Source: an uncultured Anaerolineaceae bacterium (lineage in GTDB: Bacteria; Chloroflexota; Anaerolineae; Anaerolineales; E44-bin32). From it: 56,370 nucleotides of DNA. Location of the stretch: contig CAZBJQ010000002.1 in NCBI GenBank assembly GCA_964492235.1, forward strand, positions 1 to 56,370, read 5' to 3'. The notes beneath the pieces are model-generated. The model was given only the letters and a program-made list of their open reading frames with translations. It searched no databases and was not told where the DNA came from. A program made the translations under genes and the position numbers. Below, piece after piece: positions 55,270 through 56,370 of this stretch; position 1 is the stretch's first letter, and each line of letters starts with the position of its first letter.

Positions 55270-56370
55270 GGGCGACCAGTGGCCATGTGCGACGCAAAGG
55301 GTCCTTTCCTATCGCGATCTGGGTCGAGCCGCGGATGGACCAGCCGGGCTGGCTGGGTCCGGCCGTCTCACTGGGAGCTGTTGGCGTTGCGCTACTGCTG
55401 GGAGCGATGGTCCTGGAGATCGTCGGCGGCAACTCCATCCGAGCCTATAGCTTCATGCTCAAAGCCTCCTTTGGCAACTTCGGCGTGATCTCGGATACGC
55501 TGGTCAAAGCGACACCCTTGATTCTGGTGGGGCTGGCCTGCACCGTGGCCTTCCGCATGCGCCTGTGGAACATCGGCGCCGAAGGCCAGTTCTTTATGGG
55601 CGCTTTCGGCGCCAGCGCCGTTGTGCTGGCTCCCCTGGTGCCACCCGAAACGCCGGCCTGGCTGACCATCCTGGCGATGATCGTCGCTGGATTCGCGGCC
55701 GGGGCGCTGTGGGGCTTCATCCCCGGCATCCTCAAGGCACGCCTGAACGTCAACGAAATCATCACCACGCTCATGCTGAATTACATCGCCATTGCCTGGG
55801 TCAACTTCTTCATCTTCGCTGTCTGGACCGAGGGCGGGTTCCAGATGACCCGCATGTTCCCCAAGACGGCCTGGCTGCCGCGCCTGGCGGACTATGCCAA
55901 GCAGATCACCGGCCTGCGGGGCATTACGCTCCATCTGGGCCTGCTCTTTGGCCTGGTGGCGGCGGTCGTCATCTGGTGGGTGTTGGATCGCAGCAAGTGG
56001 GGGTATGAGATCCGACTCACGGGCGACAACCCGCGCGCTGCGCGCTACGCCGGCATCCGAATCGCGCTGAACACCGTTCTGGTCATGATGCTTTCTGGCG
56101 GACTGGCCGGACTGGCGGGCATGTCGGAGATCTCCGGAGTCGTCCACCGGCTGCAGGGCGCCATCTCCCCGGGCTACGGCTTCACCGGCATCATTATCGC
56201 CTGGCTGGCCAAGCTCAATCCGCTGGCCGTCGTTCCAGTATCCATCCTATTCGGCGCACTCATCCTCGCCGGGCGGGAGATCCAACCGTCCGGAGTTCCC
56301 AAGATGATCCAGGGAATTGTGCTGGTCTGCCTGATCGCCAGCGACTTCCTGGTGCGGAACCGCATCCAGA
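55266..56370 (+). CDS. ABC transporter permease (BMP/CUT2 type), 3' end outside the window
   Basis: This frame is not in the supplied ORF track because no stop lies in the window. GTG 55266 overlaps the ATPase stop (GTGA). My translation gives ...TPLILVGLACTVAFRMRLWNIGAEGQFFMGAFGA...GDNPRAARYAGI...GFTGIIIAWLAKLNP. Confidence 0.85.
   Translation, partial: MRATSGHVRRKGSFPIAIWVEPRMDQPGWLGPAVSLGAVGVALLLGAMVLEIVGGNSIRAYSFMLKASFGNFGVISDTLVKATPLILVGLACTVAFRMRLWNIGAEGQFFMGAFGASAVVLAPLVPPETPAWLTILAMIVAGFAAGALWGFIPGILKARLNVNEIITTLMLNYIAIAWVNFFIFAVWTEGGFQMTRMFPKTAWLPRLADYAKQITGLRGITLHLGLLFGLVAAVVIWWVLDRSKWGYEIRLTGDNPRAARYAGIRIALNTVLVMMLSGGLAGLAGMSEISGVVHRLQGAISPGYGFTGIIIAWLAKLNPLAVVPVSILFGALILAGREIQPSGVPKMIQGIVLVCLIASDFLVRNRIQ

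Noticed and set aside
1-56370. Mobile elements, CRISPR arrays, rRNA/tRNA genes, and toxin-antitoxin or known defence-system genes
   Set aside because: I looked for transposase or integrase signatures, regularly spaced direct repeats and structured RNA hallmarks while reading both strands. I found none I could support.

Overview
High-GC bacterial chromosomal segment. By eye it looks Chloroflexota- or Actinomycetota-like: strong GGAGG ribosome-binding sites, many GTG/TTG starts, and a Tad locus without a secretin. That taxonomic guess is inference only. I saw no rRNA, tRNA, CRISPR array, transposase or integrase. About 55 protein-coding genes can be supported. All family calls come from motif recognition by eye and from memory, because no searches were possible. 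Layout from left to right: (1) 1-5.9 kb, a glycan-related block with a DUF4910 aminopeptidase-like fragment and three large GT-C/GT39-like membrane glycosyltransferases. (2) 6-28.5 kb, a patchwork of small accessory, detoxification and membrane genes. These include TspO-like, DUF385/F420, GyrI-like, GNATs, YbaK, a Nudix-AAC(6') fusion, YdeI, SRPBCC, GT1, a CoA-binding protein, an ankyrin protein, methyltransferases, a SplB-like radical SAM protein, CDGSH, DUF2721, DUF4332 and DUF4013. (3) 28.6-34.9 kb on the minus strand, a translationally coupled Tad/Flp-type pilus operon (cpaB-tadZ-tadA-tadB-tadC-tadE-tadG-like plus an unknown membrane protein). No pilin, prepilin peptidase or secretin is visible. 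(4) 35.6-44.8 kb: YjbQ, a PEBP lipoprotein, an ECF sigma/anti-sigma/membrane triad, an M14 peptidase, a Ser/Thr kinase with a PD40 beta-propeller, and folD. (5) 45.0-56.4 kb is the most interesting block. It is co-directional and holds an 8-oxoguanine-deaminase-like amidohydrolase, adenine deaminase, a GntR/HutC regulator, two different carbamoyltransferases in tandem (ATCase-like and YgeW-like), carbamate kinase and a BMP-family ABC importer. This is a candidate ATP-yielding carbamoyl-compound catabolic pathway with no assignable substrate. Other notable items: a G/C-tract palindromic element with G-quadruplex motifs inside that block, a promoter plus palindromic operator upstream of it, two probable decayed genes (PPOX-like, GNAT half) and a possible frameshift in the M14 peptidase.
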